Part shown: positions 44,374-53,967 of the stretch, one piece after another
Position numbering within the stretch: the first letter of the stretch is position 1
Layout of the letters: each line of letters opens with the position of its first letter
Source of the DNA: Alphaproteobacteria bacterium
GTDB lineage: Bacteria; Pseudomonadota; Alphaproteobacteria; UBA828
Assembly (NCBI GenBank): GCA_965214705.1
Contig: CBDCCI010000001.1
Span: 384,001 to 448,000 of the forward strand
DNA: 64,000 nt
Direction of reading: 5' to 3'
The notes under the pieces: model-generated
The model's database searches: none
Told to the model about the DNA's origin: nothing
The model's input: the letters and a program-made list of their open reading frames with translations, nothing else
Made by a program: the position numbers and the translations under genes

Positions 44374-45114
44374 ATGCCGTTGCTGGAGGTCAAGAATCTG
44401 TCCAAGGCGTTCGGCGGGGTGCGGGCGGTGGACGGCGTCGACTTCTCCCTGGAGCAAGGCGAGCTGCGCTCCATCATCGGCCCCAACGGCGCCGGCAAGA
44501 GCACCCTCTTCAAGCTGCTGCTCGGCAGCATCAAGCCGGACAAGGGCAAGATCTGGTTCCGGGACCGGGATGTCACTCGGGCCGAGCCGCACAAGCGCGC
44601 CCACATGGGGATCGGCGTCAAGTTTCAGCATCTCGGCGTCTACGGCGACCTCACGGTGCGCCACAACATGCAGCTGCCGCTGCAGCACAGCCTCTCGGGC
44701 GAGGCGATGGATGCCGAGATCGCGCGGCTGCTGGAGCGGCTCAACCTTGCCGGCACCGAGGACCGCCGCGTGGCCGAGCTCAGCCACGGCCAACGGCAGT
44801 GGCTGGCGATCGGCATGGCGCTCGCCATGCGTCCGGTCCTTCTCCTGCTCGACGAGCCGACTGCCGGCATGGGGCCGGAAGAGACCCGCGAGACAGGTAC
44901 GCTCGTCCACTCGGTCCACGAGGAAGGTGTTACGATCGTCGTCGTCGAGCACGACATGGCGTTCGTGCGTCAGCTGGGCGCGCCGGTTACCGTGCTGCAC
45001 TATGGCCGCGTGTTCGCCGAGGGATCGCTCGCGGCGATCGAGGGCAACGAGGACGTTCGCAACATCTATCTCGGCGCGTCACGAACGATGGCCGTTCGAG
45101 GCCGCCACCACTGA
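44374..45114 (+). CDS. ABC ATP-binding protein (UrtD-like)
   Basis: GPNGAGKST and LSHGQRQW motifs. Confidence 0.9.
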   Translation: MPLLEVKNLSKAFGGVRAVDGVDFSLEQGELRSIIGPNGAGKSTLFKLLLGSIKPDKGKIWFRDRDVTRAEPHKRAHMGIGVKFQHLGVYGDLTVRHNMQLPLQHSLSGEAMDAEIARLLERLNLAGTEDRRVAELSHGQRQWLAIGMALAMRPVLLLLDEPTAGMGPEETRETGTLVHSVHEEGVTIVVVEHDMAFVRQLGAPVTVLHYGRVFAEGSLAAIEGNEDVRNIYLGASRTMAVRGRHH

Positions 45115-45141
45115 GGCCGACAGACCAAGGGAGAGACGGCG

Positions 45142-46131
45142 ATGCAGAGAATTAATCGGGGCGATATTCCCGCCAAGTACGCCTTCGACTGGGAAGACGA
45201 GCCGGTGCTTCGGGTGGCGCAGGGCGAGGCCTTTCAACTGGAGACCGACGACGCGCTTTCCGGCCTGATCGTCGACGACAGTGACGACCCCGAGGTTCAC
45301 GACTTCACCGGCGAGCATGTCGTCTCCCTGCAGAGCGTCTGGCCGCCGACCTACAATCCGGTGGTCGGCCCGATCTACGTGGAAGGCTGCGAGCGGGGCG
45401 ATACGCTTGCCGTCCATATCGATTGGATCGATCCCTGGCGCTACGGCTTCTCGGGTATCCTGCCGGGCATCGGCCCGCTGGGGGATTCCAAGCGCTGGGC
45501 GGACTGCTCGGAGCCGCACGTGCAGGTGATCGAGCACTTTCCCGGCCCGAGCGGGCATACGCGGGATGGCACGGGGAAGTACTCCGACAAGCTGACCTGG
45601 GACCTGATGCCCTTCTGCGGCACGCTCGCGTGCGCGCCGGAGCGCGAGGTGTTCACCTCGCTGCTGGGCCAGGGTCCGTTCGGCGGCAACATCGACTGCC
45701 GCGACGTGCGCGCCGGCCACACGATCTTGCTCAACGCCTACCACGAGGGCGGCCTGCTCTACGTGGGCGACATGCACGGCGGGCAGGGCGACACGGAGTT
45801 CACCGGCATTGCCGACGAGACGCGGGCGACGATCCAGCTGAGCGCAACCGTGATCAAGAACAAGCACGCGCCCTGCGTGCGCATCGAGAAGCCGGACAGC
45901 ATCGTGGCGGTCGGCGTCAACCTGCCGATGGAGCACGCGGTCTACGACGCCTGCGACAACATGATGCAGTGGCTCAGGGACGACTACGGCATCAGCGGCA
46001 AGGACACGTACATCCGCATGTCGTGCGACCCGGCGTTCCGCATCCGCACCTATCAGATGGTGCGCGCGGTAACGATCCAACACGTGGTCGGCGCCGAGTA
46101 TCCCAAGGAGCGCCTCATCCCCGCCATCTGA
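45142..46131 (+). CDS. Acetamidase/formamidase family protein
   Basis: NPVVGPIYVEG, GGNID and GDMHGGQGDTE motifs. Confidence 0.88.
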   Translation: MQRINRGDIPAKYAFDWEDEPVLRVAQGEAFQLETDDALSGLIVDDSDDPEVHDFTGEHVVSLQSVWPPTYNPVVGPIYVEGCERGDTLAVHIDWIDPWRYGFSGILPGIGPLGDSKRWADCSEPHVQVIEHFPGPSGHTRDGTGKYSDKLTWDLMPFCGTLACAPEREVFTSLLGQGPFGGNIDCRDVRAGHTILLNAYHEGGLLYVGDMHGGQGDTEFTGIADETRATIQLSATVIKNKHAPCVRIEKPDSIVAVGVNLPMEHAVYDACDNMMQWLRDDYGISGKDTYIRMSCDPAFRIRTYQMVRAVTIQHVVGAEYPKERLIPAI

Positions 46132-46345
46132 AACGCCCCTCAGAGCGCCTCCGCGCGCGGAGGCCGCCGGCCGATGTCAGCGGTGGGCTGGGGTGCGCCG
46201 GTGTTGATGCGGAACCTCGCCGAGCGCCAGCTCGTGTGACCGGCGCGGCCGGCGCGTCAGCCAGCCGGCACCTGCGCGTCGCTACGCAGTAGCTGTGCGT
46301 CCTTCAGATCGGTCCACAACGCAGACGGGATCGACCCTTCCAGCA

Positions 46346-46450
46346 GGCCGGGCTTATCCCGGCCATCCATGGTTTGCCCGACGTCCGGCGGGCCCGGCGG
46401 AGAGAGATGCCCGGAACACCCCCGGACCTGATCCGGGGGCCGGGCATGAC
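46346..46450. repeat. Alphaproteobacterial REP-like palindromic element
   Basis: GGCCGGGCTTATCCCGGCCATCCA ... GATGCCCGGAACA[CCCCCGGACCTGATCCGGGGG]CCGGGCATGAC between convergent genes. Confidence 0.6.
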
Positions 46451-46509
46451 AAGTGTGGGGGAGGCTCGGTCGGAGAGACCGCGCATCGCGCCCGGCGCCT
46501 GAGGGAAAA

Positions 46510-47880
46510 CTAGAACTGCCTTACGAACCTCAGCTCTCCCCGCGTGCGCTCGTAGTCGTAGAGCTGCGCGTTGGTGTCGCGCTCCTCGTACACCGCCACA
46601 AGCTCGGGGCTGAAGCCATAGAGCGTGAAGGCCCGGTTGTGGACGGAGAGGTGCACGCTCCGCGTCCGGTCCGCCCGCTTCTCGCCGGCCGGCGTGTGCG
46701 GAAACCATTCGTCCTCGAAGTCGGTCCAGCGCACCTCGCCGCCGCCGCCCACGGTGAAGCCCGCAGGCAGGATCACCGAGACCCCGGCGCCAAGCCAGCG
46801 GCTGCGGCTGCGCGCGCGCTCCTGCTCGGGTCGCTCCCGCCCGTAGCCCGCAGAAAGGTCCGCCCGCACCGTGGGCATCACCACCCAGGAACCCCTGAGC
46901 GACGCGTCCCACACCGGGCCATCCAGGTGGCTCTGCGTCCGGTAGCGCCGGTCGTGCCAGGAAGCGTCGCCGAACACCGTCACCCGCGGGGTCAGCCGGC
47001 GCGCCACCTCAAGGCGGGTGCCGAACTCGCGGTTGTCCGGCACGGTGCCGATCCAGCGCTGCCGCGCGCTCGCCAGCAGGCTCCCCTCCGTGTTCCCGTC
47101 CATCAGCCAGCGCGGCCCAAGATGGGTGCCGAGGTAGAGCTGATCGAACTGCGAGCCCTCGTACTCCCGCCGCGCCGCCTGGCCGCCTGCGCGCAGCCGC
47201 CAGCGCTCCGCCAGCGGCACCTGATACTCGGCCCCGCCCCAGAGCGACACGCCGACGCCGGAGGTCGTGAGCTGCGCCGCGTCCCGCTGGAAGGGCAGGC
47301 CGAAGATGTAGATGGTTCGTGCGTCGGAGCCCGCGCCGATGTTGGTGTCGGGGGCAAGAGCGAAGCCCGCGTTGAAGCTCCAGCGCCCGCGCGCCCTGAT
47401 CTCGTCGAGGAAGCGCTGGACGTTCAGGGCCACCGCTTCCGGCACGCCGCCGGCCAGCACCGCCTCGAAGTGGCGCGTCGCGAGATCGTCCTCGCCCTTG
47501 AGGTAGAAGGCACGCGCCAGTTCCAGCCGCACCCGCACCAGCCCCGGCGCCTCCACCAGCATGGCGTGGAAGGCGGCGATGGCCTCGTTCAGCAGGATCT
47601 CCCGCTCCTCGTCCGCCCGGCCGGGCCGCTGCGATGCCTCCAGCGATGCCACGCCATAGAGGAAGAGCAAGTTGCCGTCGACCGGCTCCTGCTCGAGCAG
47701 CGGCCGGAGCAAGACGATCGCCTCCTCGAAGCGGCCGCCGTCGATCAGCGCCCGTGCGTCGACGGCTTCTGCGCGGGGAGACGGCGGGAATACGGGCGTC
47801 TCCTCGCCCTGCGGCTCCATGTCCTGAGCGGCAGCGGGAAAGCAGAGCAACAGGAGCAGGGCGGCAACGAGGCTACGCAT
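46510..47880 (-). CDS. Slam-like surface lipoprotein assembly modifier (TPR + DUF560 beta-barrel; type XI secretion)
   Basis: Signal peptide, RVRLELARAFY TPR, APDTNI, and C-terminal TNAQLYDYER...FVRQF. Confidence 0.85.
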   Translation of the reverse strand: MRSLVAALLLLLCFPAAAQDMEPQGEETPVFPPSPRAEAVDARALIDGGRFEEAIVLLRPLLEQEPVDGNLLFLYGVASLEASQRPGRADEEREILLNEAIAAFHAMLVEAPGLVRVRLELARAFYLKGEDDLATRHFEAVLAGGVPEAVALNVQRFLDEIRARGRWSFNAGFALAPDTNIGAGSDARTIYIFGLPFQRDAAQLTTSGVGVSLWGGAEYQVPLAERWRLRAGGQAARREYEGSQFDQLYLGTHLGPRWLMDGNTEGSLLASARQRWIGTVPDNREFGTRLEVARRLTPRVTVFGDASWHDRRYRTQSHLDGPVWDASLRGSWVVMPTVRADLSAGYGRERPEQERARSRSRWLGAGVSVILPAGFTVGGGGEVRWTDFEDEWFPHTPAGEKRADRTRSVHLSVHNRAFTLYGFSPELVAVYEERDTNAQLYDYERTRGELRFVRQF

Positions 47881-48633
47881 CCGAGTCCTTTTCGGTGAAG
47901 GAATGGTGCCGGTTACTGTCTGGTCGCCCCAAACGCGCCGGTGATCCGGTTGCGCTCAAAGACGCCGCCGACTTCCTGATGGCGTGAGCCGTAGAAGCGA
48001 CCTTGGATGGAATTGGTATCCGATCCGCGACTGAAGGCCCCATTCCACACCGGCACGTCATACCAAGCCATGTCAGTGCGGGGATTGAGCGTCGCGACGT
48101 CGTAGACATCGGTGAACGCGACATCGACCGTATGCTGCGTTTGCCGGCCATCGAAACGAACGTCCGCCTTCCCCAAGATAAAGTTGCCACGGCTGGAAGC
48201 GTCACTGACATCGACACCCGACATGAAGCCGGACCATCGGGCGATGAAAGCGACCGGATTACTACGTGAAGCCACGCCTGCGGAGTAGGAGTCGGTATCG
48301 AGGTATCCGGCATATTCACCAGCGATACCCTGCCGCCACCTCGCAAAGAAAGCACTCTCGTTTGCCCAACCGCCGTACCCCATCTGGTCGTATTCCGTGT
48401 CGTTGTCAGAGCCCGTGCTCCGTGATCCCCGTTTCACAAGGGTAATGCCTTCGCTCTCCCCGAGAGGTATCCATTGAATGCCCCGACCAGAAAATGAACC
48501 GCTGCGCGTCTGAGTTACCGAACTCCCGGTCTCTGAGTCGGTCCAGCTGCATGTCCGACCGGAACAGTCGACCCGCCAGCGCCCTTTTGACGAGTCCGGG
48601 TCATCGAAGTCGAAGAAATAATGGCTGTCGGCA

Positions 48634-50135
48634 GAGCCACTTGCAAAACTCCCAGGCGCGGTCTGCTTTTCCCGAGAGCCCGGCGTGAGGACATTGACGG
48701 TCGGAACGTAACATGAACTTCGGGACGAGCGGACGTCGCTGGCTGCCGCCGGGGCGCCGATTCGCCGCAAACCGATGCCCATGCGGGCGCATTTTGGACC
48801 CGCCGTCGCGATGCGGACATGGCTTTTTGCGCCTCCGCGGAGGGAGGCGTGCCGGCGTGACAGCGACGGAGGCGCCGCTCAGGCCAGGAGGCGCATCAGC
48901 TGGTCGACCGTCAGCACCAGGATGCCGAACATCAGGTGGCAATGAACCTTGGCATGGCCGCGCACGCGGACATGGCGGCCCCCGCAGTTGTCCTTCAGCC
49001 CACCGTTGATGCGCTCGATGTTCGAGCGCTCGTTGTAGCGCTCGTCCGCCGGGTGGCGGTGACCGACGCCTCTCTGCGCCCTGGCCTCGCGCGCCAGCTC
49101 CTCCTTGTACTCCTTGTCGCGAGGGTTGACGTCGATGATCGGGACGTGGCCCAGCAGGTAGCTGTGCCAGCCGATCTCGGGCGCGTCATAGGCTGAGTCC
49201 ATGAGGTCGTACAGATTGGTGACGCGGTCGGCGGTCATACTCGCCAGCGGGATCGCGGCCTGGCTGTCGTGCAGCGAGGCGGACGTCAGGATGCAACTGA
49301 TCGGAATGCCGCCATCGGCGGCGTCGATGTGCAGCTTGTAACCGATCCACGATGTGGTATGGCCCCTGGCGTTGCGCTTGGTGCCGACGTCGCAGGCTTT
49401 CGGCAGGTCGTCGAGCATCTGGGGCAAGCTCATCGTGAGCTGGCGTTTCACGCGGCGCTCCTCCTTGGGCCGCTCCTCGCCCTTGCGCGGGCGGCCGCGC
49501 TTGCGCTTCGGCTTCTCCGCCTTGGGCTTGGGCTGAGGCTTCTCGCGCGCCTCGATCGCCGTCGAGTCGCGCGAGACGTGCCCGACCAGATGGTCTCCGA
49601 GGGTCTGCTTGATCAGCGCCTCATGCACGCGAGCGGGCAACGCACTCTCGGAGAACTCCGCAAACGCCCGCGAAAACGTCGCCTCGCTCGGGATCTCTGC
49701 GGCATAGGTCCAGCCGCAGAGACGGCGTAGCGTCTTGTCGTTCTCAAGGCGCTCGATCAGGGCGCGCGTCGTGGGTACGTCGAACACCGCCTTGGCGATG
49801 AAGGCGCGGGCCAAGGCCGCCCGATCCTCGACCGGCCGACCGGGCAGGCCATGGAAATGGGGAAGGAAGCTCTCGACCCGCGCAAGCTCAAGCACGGTGA
49901 CGAAGCGCCGGTACCTCTCGCCGAGCGGCCCGAGCTCCTCCTCAAGCCACGGGAAAAGATCCGCTTGAATGTGATGCCAGAATCCGGATAGTGTCTGTCC
50001 CAGCGACATGGGGCCGCCCTCTCCGTCGACGTTGTCCGAAACCCGACAGGAACAGAGAGCGGTCCCGATTTCCAGGACAATCTGACCGCCACGGCGGCAA
50101 AATCCCGCTCAAATGCGGAATTTTGCAAGTGGCTC
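48634..50135 (-). mobile_element. IS5/IS1182-like element, copy 2
   Basis: IR GAGCCACTTGCAAAA and 4-bp DR GGCA. Confidence 0.9.
48879..50009 (-). CDS. DDE transposase (IS5/IS1182-like)
   Basis: Protein identical to that of 23741-24871. Confidence 0.9.
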   Translation of the reverse strand: MSLGQTLSGFWHHIQADLFPWLEEELGPLGERYRRFVTVLELARVESFLPHFHGLPGRPVEDRAALARAFIAKAVFDVPTTRALIERLENDKTLRRLCGWTYAAEIPSEATFSRAFAEFSESALPARVHEALIKQTLGDHLVGHVSRDSTAIEAREKPQPKPKAEKPKRKRGRPRKGEERPKEERRVKRQLTMSLPQMLDDLPKACDVGTKRNARGHTTSWIGYKLHIDAADGGIPISCILTSASLHDSQAAIPLASMTADRVTNLYDLMDSAYDAPEIGWHSYLLGHVPIIDVNPRDKEYKEELAREARAQRGVGHRHPADERYNERSNIERINGGLKDNCGGRHVRVRGHAKVHCHLMFGILVLTVDQLMRLLA

Positions 50136-50518
50136 GGCAGTGAGATATTCCGTGAAGTCTTCATATATCCCGTCGAGATGCACCGATACCGTCGACGGGT
50201 GAATGCCCGTCGCCCGGAGGTCGTACAGCGTAGGGATCAACAGCAGGTCAACGAAAGCGTCAAACGTCGCCACGCACCACCGCGACAAGACAGAAGACGA
50301 CGCGTCGGCGGTGGCCGCGATTCCAGGCCGATCATTGCGAAGCTGGCCGCAAATGTCGTCCGCGAATGAATCCGCCTTCGCCTCCCTCGATGCGATAGAG
50401 GAAACCACCACCGCTATGCCAAAGACAATGAGAAGCGATTTGAGCGCATGGGTCATTTTGTAACCCTCCCAAAGAAAACCCCGGCGCCAGCTACGCGCCA
50501 ACGCCGGGGAAAGCAAAG

Positions 50519-50558
50519 AGGAGAGGGGCAAAGGGATCGGTGGAAAATGCCCCTCTCT
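50519..50558 (-). terminator. Stem-loop after the lipoprotein gene (possible terminator)
   Basis: AGAGAGGGGCA...TGCCCCTCTCT, followed by CTTTGCTTT on the minus strand. Confidence 0.5.
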
Positions 50559-51385
50559 CGGTGTCAGGTGCTACCTGCGCGCGCCGAACGCGCCGCCGAT
50601 GCTGACCTCGTCGTTGTCGGCCTGGAAGGTGCCGCCGACTCCGAGCGGGTAGGCGTTGCCGGCGTTGCCGGCAGTGGCATCCCCGAAGAACTGCCCGGTC
50701 CAGTCGCCGTACGCCGTCTGATCGCCCATCGTCGCCGTCGTGCCATCGTAGGTGGCGCGTGACGAATCGGTCTCGGTGATGGCCGGGAACGCGTTGGGCA
50801 GATTGGCCTGCGCACCCAACGTCTTCGAGTGGAGCGTCACTCCCCAACCCGACACGTCCACGTCAGCGTTGTCACTGGCGAAGCCCGAGATGCTACCGGA
50901 GATCGAATTGGCGGCAGCTCCGAAGTTGGCGGTCAGAGAGGCGGCAGCCGTGAACATGCCCGCCTCACCGCCGGTCACGCCCCCGTCTTCGACTGTCTGA
51001 ACGACATACTTGCCTGCGGCCCGCCCGTTATAGGTCGCTGACCCAGTGGCAATGGTTCCGGGCGGCGCCGTGTAGGCATTGCCGTCGGCATAATACTGGA
51101 ATGTGTAGGCACCGTCCGGGTTGTTCGGCTCCTGGAGCCACCAGCCGAAGCTCATGAACTCCTGGTCGTTCTGCCACGCCGTGGCGCCGAGCTCGGGCGT
51201 GAATGTCCAGGCGCCCGTCGTCTCCGTGTACGTCCCATCCGGGGCGATGGTCAGGACACAGGCTGTTCCCGCTACTCCGGAGTCGCAGGAGTAAGGTAAG
51301 CGGTATCGGGCCCCCATACTTCCAGCGGATCTGATTTCGGGGCTGACTCTCCGCCTTGACCACGAGCCACACAGGAGAGATCGCG

Positions 51386-51811
51386 ATGACAGATTCGATT
51401 TTGGCATCTGGCGACGGTGTCGCTGTTGCTTCGGTTGAGATCCCAGCTTCTGAGGGAGCCGCCCCGGCTCCGTCTGAGCCGGCCCCCATGCGACGCTGGC
51501 CGGACGATGAGAAGGCGCGGATTGTCTCGGAGAGCTTTGAGCCGGGCTCTTCGGTTGCGGCGGTCGCGCGCCGCCATGGCGTCAGCGATACGACCCTGAC
51601 CAAGTGGCGGCGGCGCGCGCGGGAGGGAACTCTTCCGGGCGCTCGGATTGGTGGCTCTGCACCGCCATTTGTTCCCGTGGTGGTTGATAGCGTGACGTCC
51701 GAGCGGACGGTGGCGATCGAGGCGCTAGGCGTGGTCGTTCGCCTTCCGGTGGAGAGCGCGGTCGATCGGATTGTTGCGGTGGCCTCGGGCCTGGGCCGGG
51801 CGTCGTCATGA
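51386..51811 (+). CDS. tnpA: IS66 TnpA (HTH)
   Basis: RRWPDDEKARIV..SVAAVARRHG..KWRR motif. Confidence 0.88.
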   Translation: MTDSILASGDGVAVASVEIPASEGAAPAPSEPAPMRRWPDDEKARIVSESFEPGSSVAAVARRHGVSDTTLTKWRRRAREGTLPGARIGGSAPPFVPVVVDSVTSERTVAIEALGVVVRLPVESAVDRIVAVASGLGRASS

Positions 51812-52158
51812 TCGCGGCCCCCTCGCTTCGCATCGTGTTGGCGACGCGGCCGGTTGATTTTCGTCGCGGCCACGACGCGCTTGCGGCGACGGCGGCGGGG
51901 GAGCTGGACCTCGATATCTATTCCGGGGTGATCGTGATCTTCCGCTCGCGCCGCGGCGACAGGCTCAAGCTCCTTGCGTGGGACGGCAGCGGTCTGGTGA
52001 TGACCTACAAGCGTCTGGAGCAGGGCCGCTTCGCCTGGCCTCGGATCGAGGATGGTGTGATGCGCCTTACGAAGGGCCAGTTCGAGGCCCTCTTCGAGGG
52101 TCTGGACTGGCGCCGGGTGAAGGCCCGCCCGGTTCGCCGCCCGCTGGCGGCGGAGTGA
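51808..52158 (+). CDS. tnpB: IS66 accessory protein TnpB
   Basis: PVDFRRGHDAL, LKLLAWDGSG and KRLEQGRFAWP motifs. Confidence 0.92.
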   Translation: MIAAPSLRIVLATRPVDFRRGHDALAATAAGELDLDIYSGVIVIFRSRRGDRLKLLAWDGSGLVMTYKRLEQGRFAWPRIEDGVMRLTKGQFEALFEGLDWRRVKARPVRRPLAAE

Positions 52159-52251
52159 GGCGGCACGCAGGCGGGGCCGCAGATTTCGGTCGCGGTCCCG
52201 CCTGCACTTTTCCCTGGTCATGCATTGGCGAATCGGATTAAGGGGTGGCCC

Positions 52252-53967
52252 ATGCCGAAGGTCACGCCCTCACCCCTCAGCAGCGCCGGTTCGCCGTCGC
52301 CTGCGGTGGTTTCGGCGGCGCTGGCGGCCCTGCATGCGGAGCTTGACGACGAGCGCGCGGCGCGCCGGGCGACGGAAGCAGCCCTATGCGAAGCGGAGCA
52401 GGCACGCGGCGCGGCGGAGGCGGCGAGGCAGACGGCGGAAGCGCGGGCGGCACGGCTGGAGGCCGAGAACGCGCAGAGCGCGGAGCAGATCAGCCGGCTT
52501 GAGCATCTCAACAAGGAGCTCAGGAAGGCGCTGTTCGGTCCGCGCTCCGAGAAGCTCGGCGAGGACGAGCGCCAGCTTACGTTCGAGGAGTTTTGGGCGG
52601 CGATCGCTGAAGCCGGCGGTCGGCCCGAGGCAGATGACCAGGAGCAGGACGAGGGGGCTGGCGGCAAGCGCCGGCGGCGCTCTTCCCGGGGGTCGCGCAG
52701 CGGGGTGCGCTTCGGGCCCCAGGTCGACCGGCGCGAGGAGGTGATCGAGCCGGACACGATCATGTGCCCCTGCGGCTGCGGCGAGATGACGAAGATCGGC
52801 GAGGACCGCAGCGAGCGGCTGGACTATGAGCCGGCGAAGTTCACCGTCATCGAGACCGTGCGCCCCCGCTACGCCTGCAACAAGTGCAAGGGGGGCGGGG
52901 TGGTGCAGTCGCCGGCGCCGGCCGCTCTGGTCGAGGGCGGCCTTCCCACCGAGGCTCTTCTGGCGCAGGTGCTGATCGCGAAGTACGGCGATCATTGCCC
53001 GCTCTATCGCCAGTCGCAGATCTACGAGCGCTCGGGGATCGAGGTTCACCGTGCGACGCTGGCGACGTGGGTGGGCCAGGCGTCGTTTCACCTGCGCCCC
53101 GTGGTCGCTTGCCTGGAGGATGAGCTGAAGAAGTCGGATCACCTGGGTCTGGACGAGACCACGATCCGCGTTCTCGACCCGGGCCGGGGCAAGACGAAGA
53201 CGGGCTACATGTGGACCCTTGTGCGTGACGAGCGCCACTGGAGCGGCACGGACCCGCCGGGCGTCGTCTATCGCTATGCGCCCGGCCGCGGCGGCAAGTA
53301 TGGCGCCGAGCTTATGGAGGGCTTTTCGGGGACGGTGCAGCTCGACGGCTACTCGGGCCACAACATCCTGGCGCGGCCGGACCGGGCGGAAGGCCCTGTG
53401 ACGCGGGCCCTCTGTTGGGCGCATGTAAGACGGAAGCTGAAAGAGGTATACGACTCGAGCGCATCGCCGATCGCGCTGGCCGGTCTGAATCGGATCGCGA
53501 AGCTCTATGCGATCGAGAAGAAGATCCGGGGCAAGCCGCCGGCGGAGCGCCGCGCGATCCGTTGGGAGGAGTCGGCGCCGATCGTGAACACCTTCGGTGT
53601 CTGGCTCGACGAGCAGCGCTCGCGCGTCTCACCGCGCTCGCGTCTCGGCGAGAAGCTGACCTATATCGCCAACCAGTGGGACGGGCTGCTGGAGTTCCTG
53701 CACGACGGTCGTGTCGAGATCGACTCGAACCTGGTGGAAAACCGAATCCGGCCGCTGAAGCTCACCGCCAAGAACGCGCTCTTCGCCGGCAACGACGAGG
53801 GTGCGCAAGCCTGGGCCCGCATCGCCTCGCTGATCGAGACCTGCAAGATGAACGGCGTCGAGCCCTACGCCTGGATGCGGAGCACGCTCGAGAAGATCGC
53901 CAAGGGCCACCCGCAGTCGGGCATCCAGGAGCTTCTGCCGTGGAACTTCCAGCCCGAGGCAAAATGA
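52252..53967 (+). CDS. tnpC: IS66 transposase TnpC
   Basis: FGPRSEK, CPCGC, KYGDHCPLYRQ, DET, CWAHVRRK and ELLPWN motifs. Confidence 0.93.
   Translation: MPKVTPSPLSSAGSPSPAVVSAALAALHAELDDERAARRATEAALCEAEQARGAAEAARQTAEARAARLEAENAQSAEQISRLEHLNKELRKALFGPRSEKLGEDERQLTFEEFWAAIAEAGGRPEADDQEQDEGAGGKRRRRSSRGSRSGVRFGPQVDRREEVIEPDTIMCPCGCGEMTKIGEDRSERLDYEPAKFTVIETVRPRYACNKCKGGGVVQSPAPAALVEGGLPTEALLAQVLIAKYGDHCPLYRQSQIYERSGIEVHRATLATWVGQASFHLRPVVACLEDELKKSDHLGLDETTIRVLDPGRGKTKTGYMWTLVRDERHWSGTDPPGVVYRYAPGRGGKYGAELMEGFSGTVQLDGYSGHNILARPDRAEGPVTRALCWAHVRRKLKEVYDSSASPIALAGLNRIAKLYAIEKKIRGKPPAERRAIRWEESAPIVNTFGVWLDEQRSRVSPRSRLGEKLTYIANQWDGLLEFLHDGRVEIDSNLVENRIRPLKLTAKNALFAGNDEGAQAWARIASLIETCKMNGVEPYAWMRSTLEKIAKGHPQSGIQELLPWNFQPEAK

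Larger units (their letters stand above)
47913..50456 (-). pseudogene. Secreted TbpB-like beta-barrel protein interrupted by an IS
   Basis: Signal peptide MTHALKS... Rejoins EYLTA|DSHYFF. C-terminal IQGRFYGSRHQEVGGVFE..GAFGATRQ. Confidence 0.75.
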
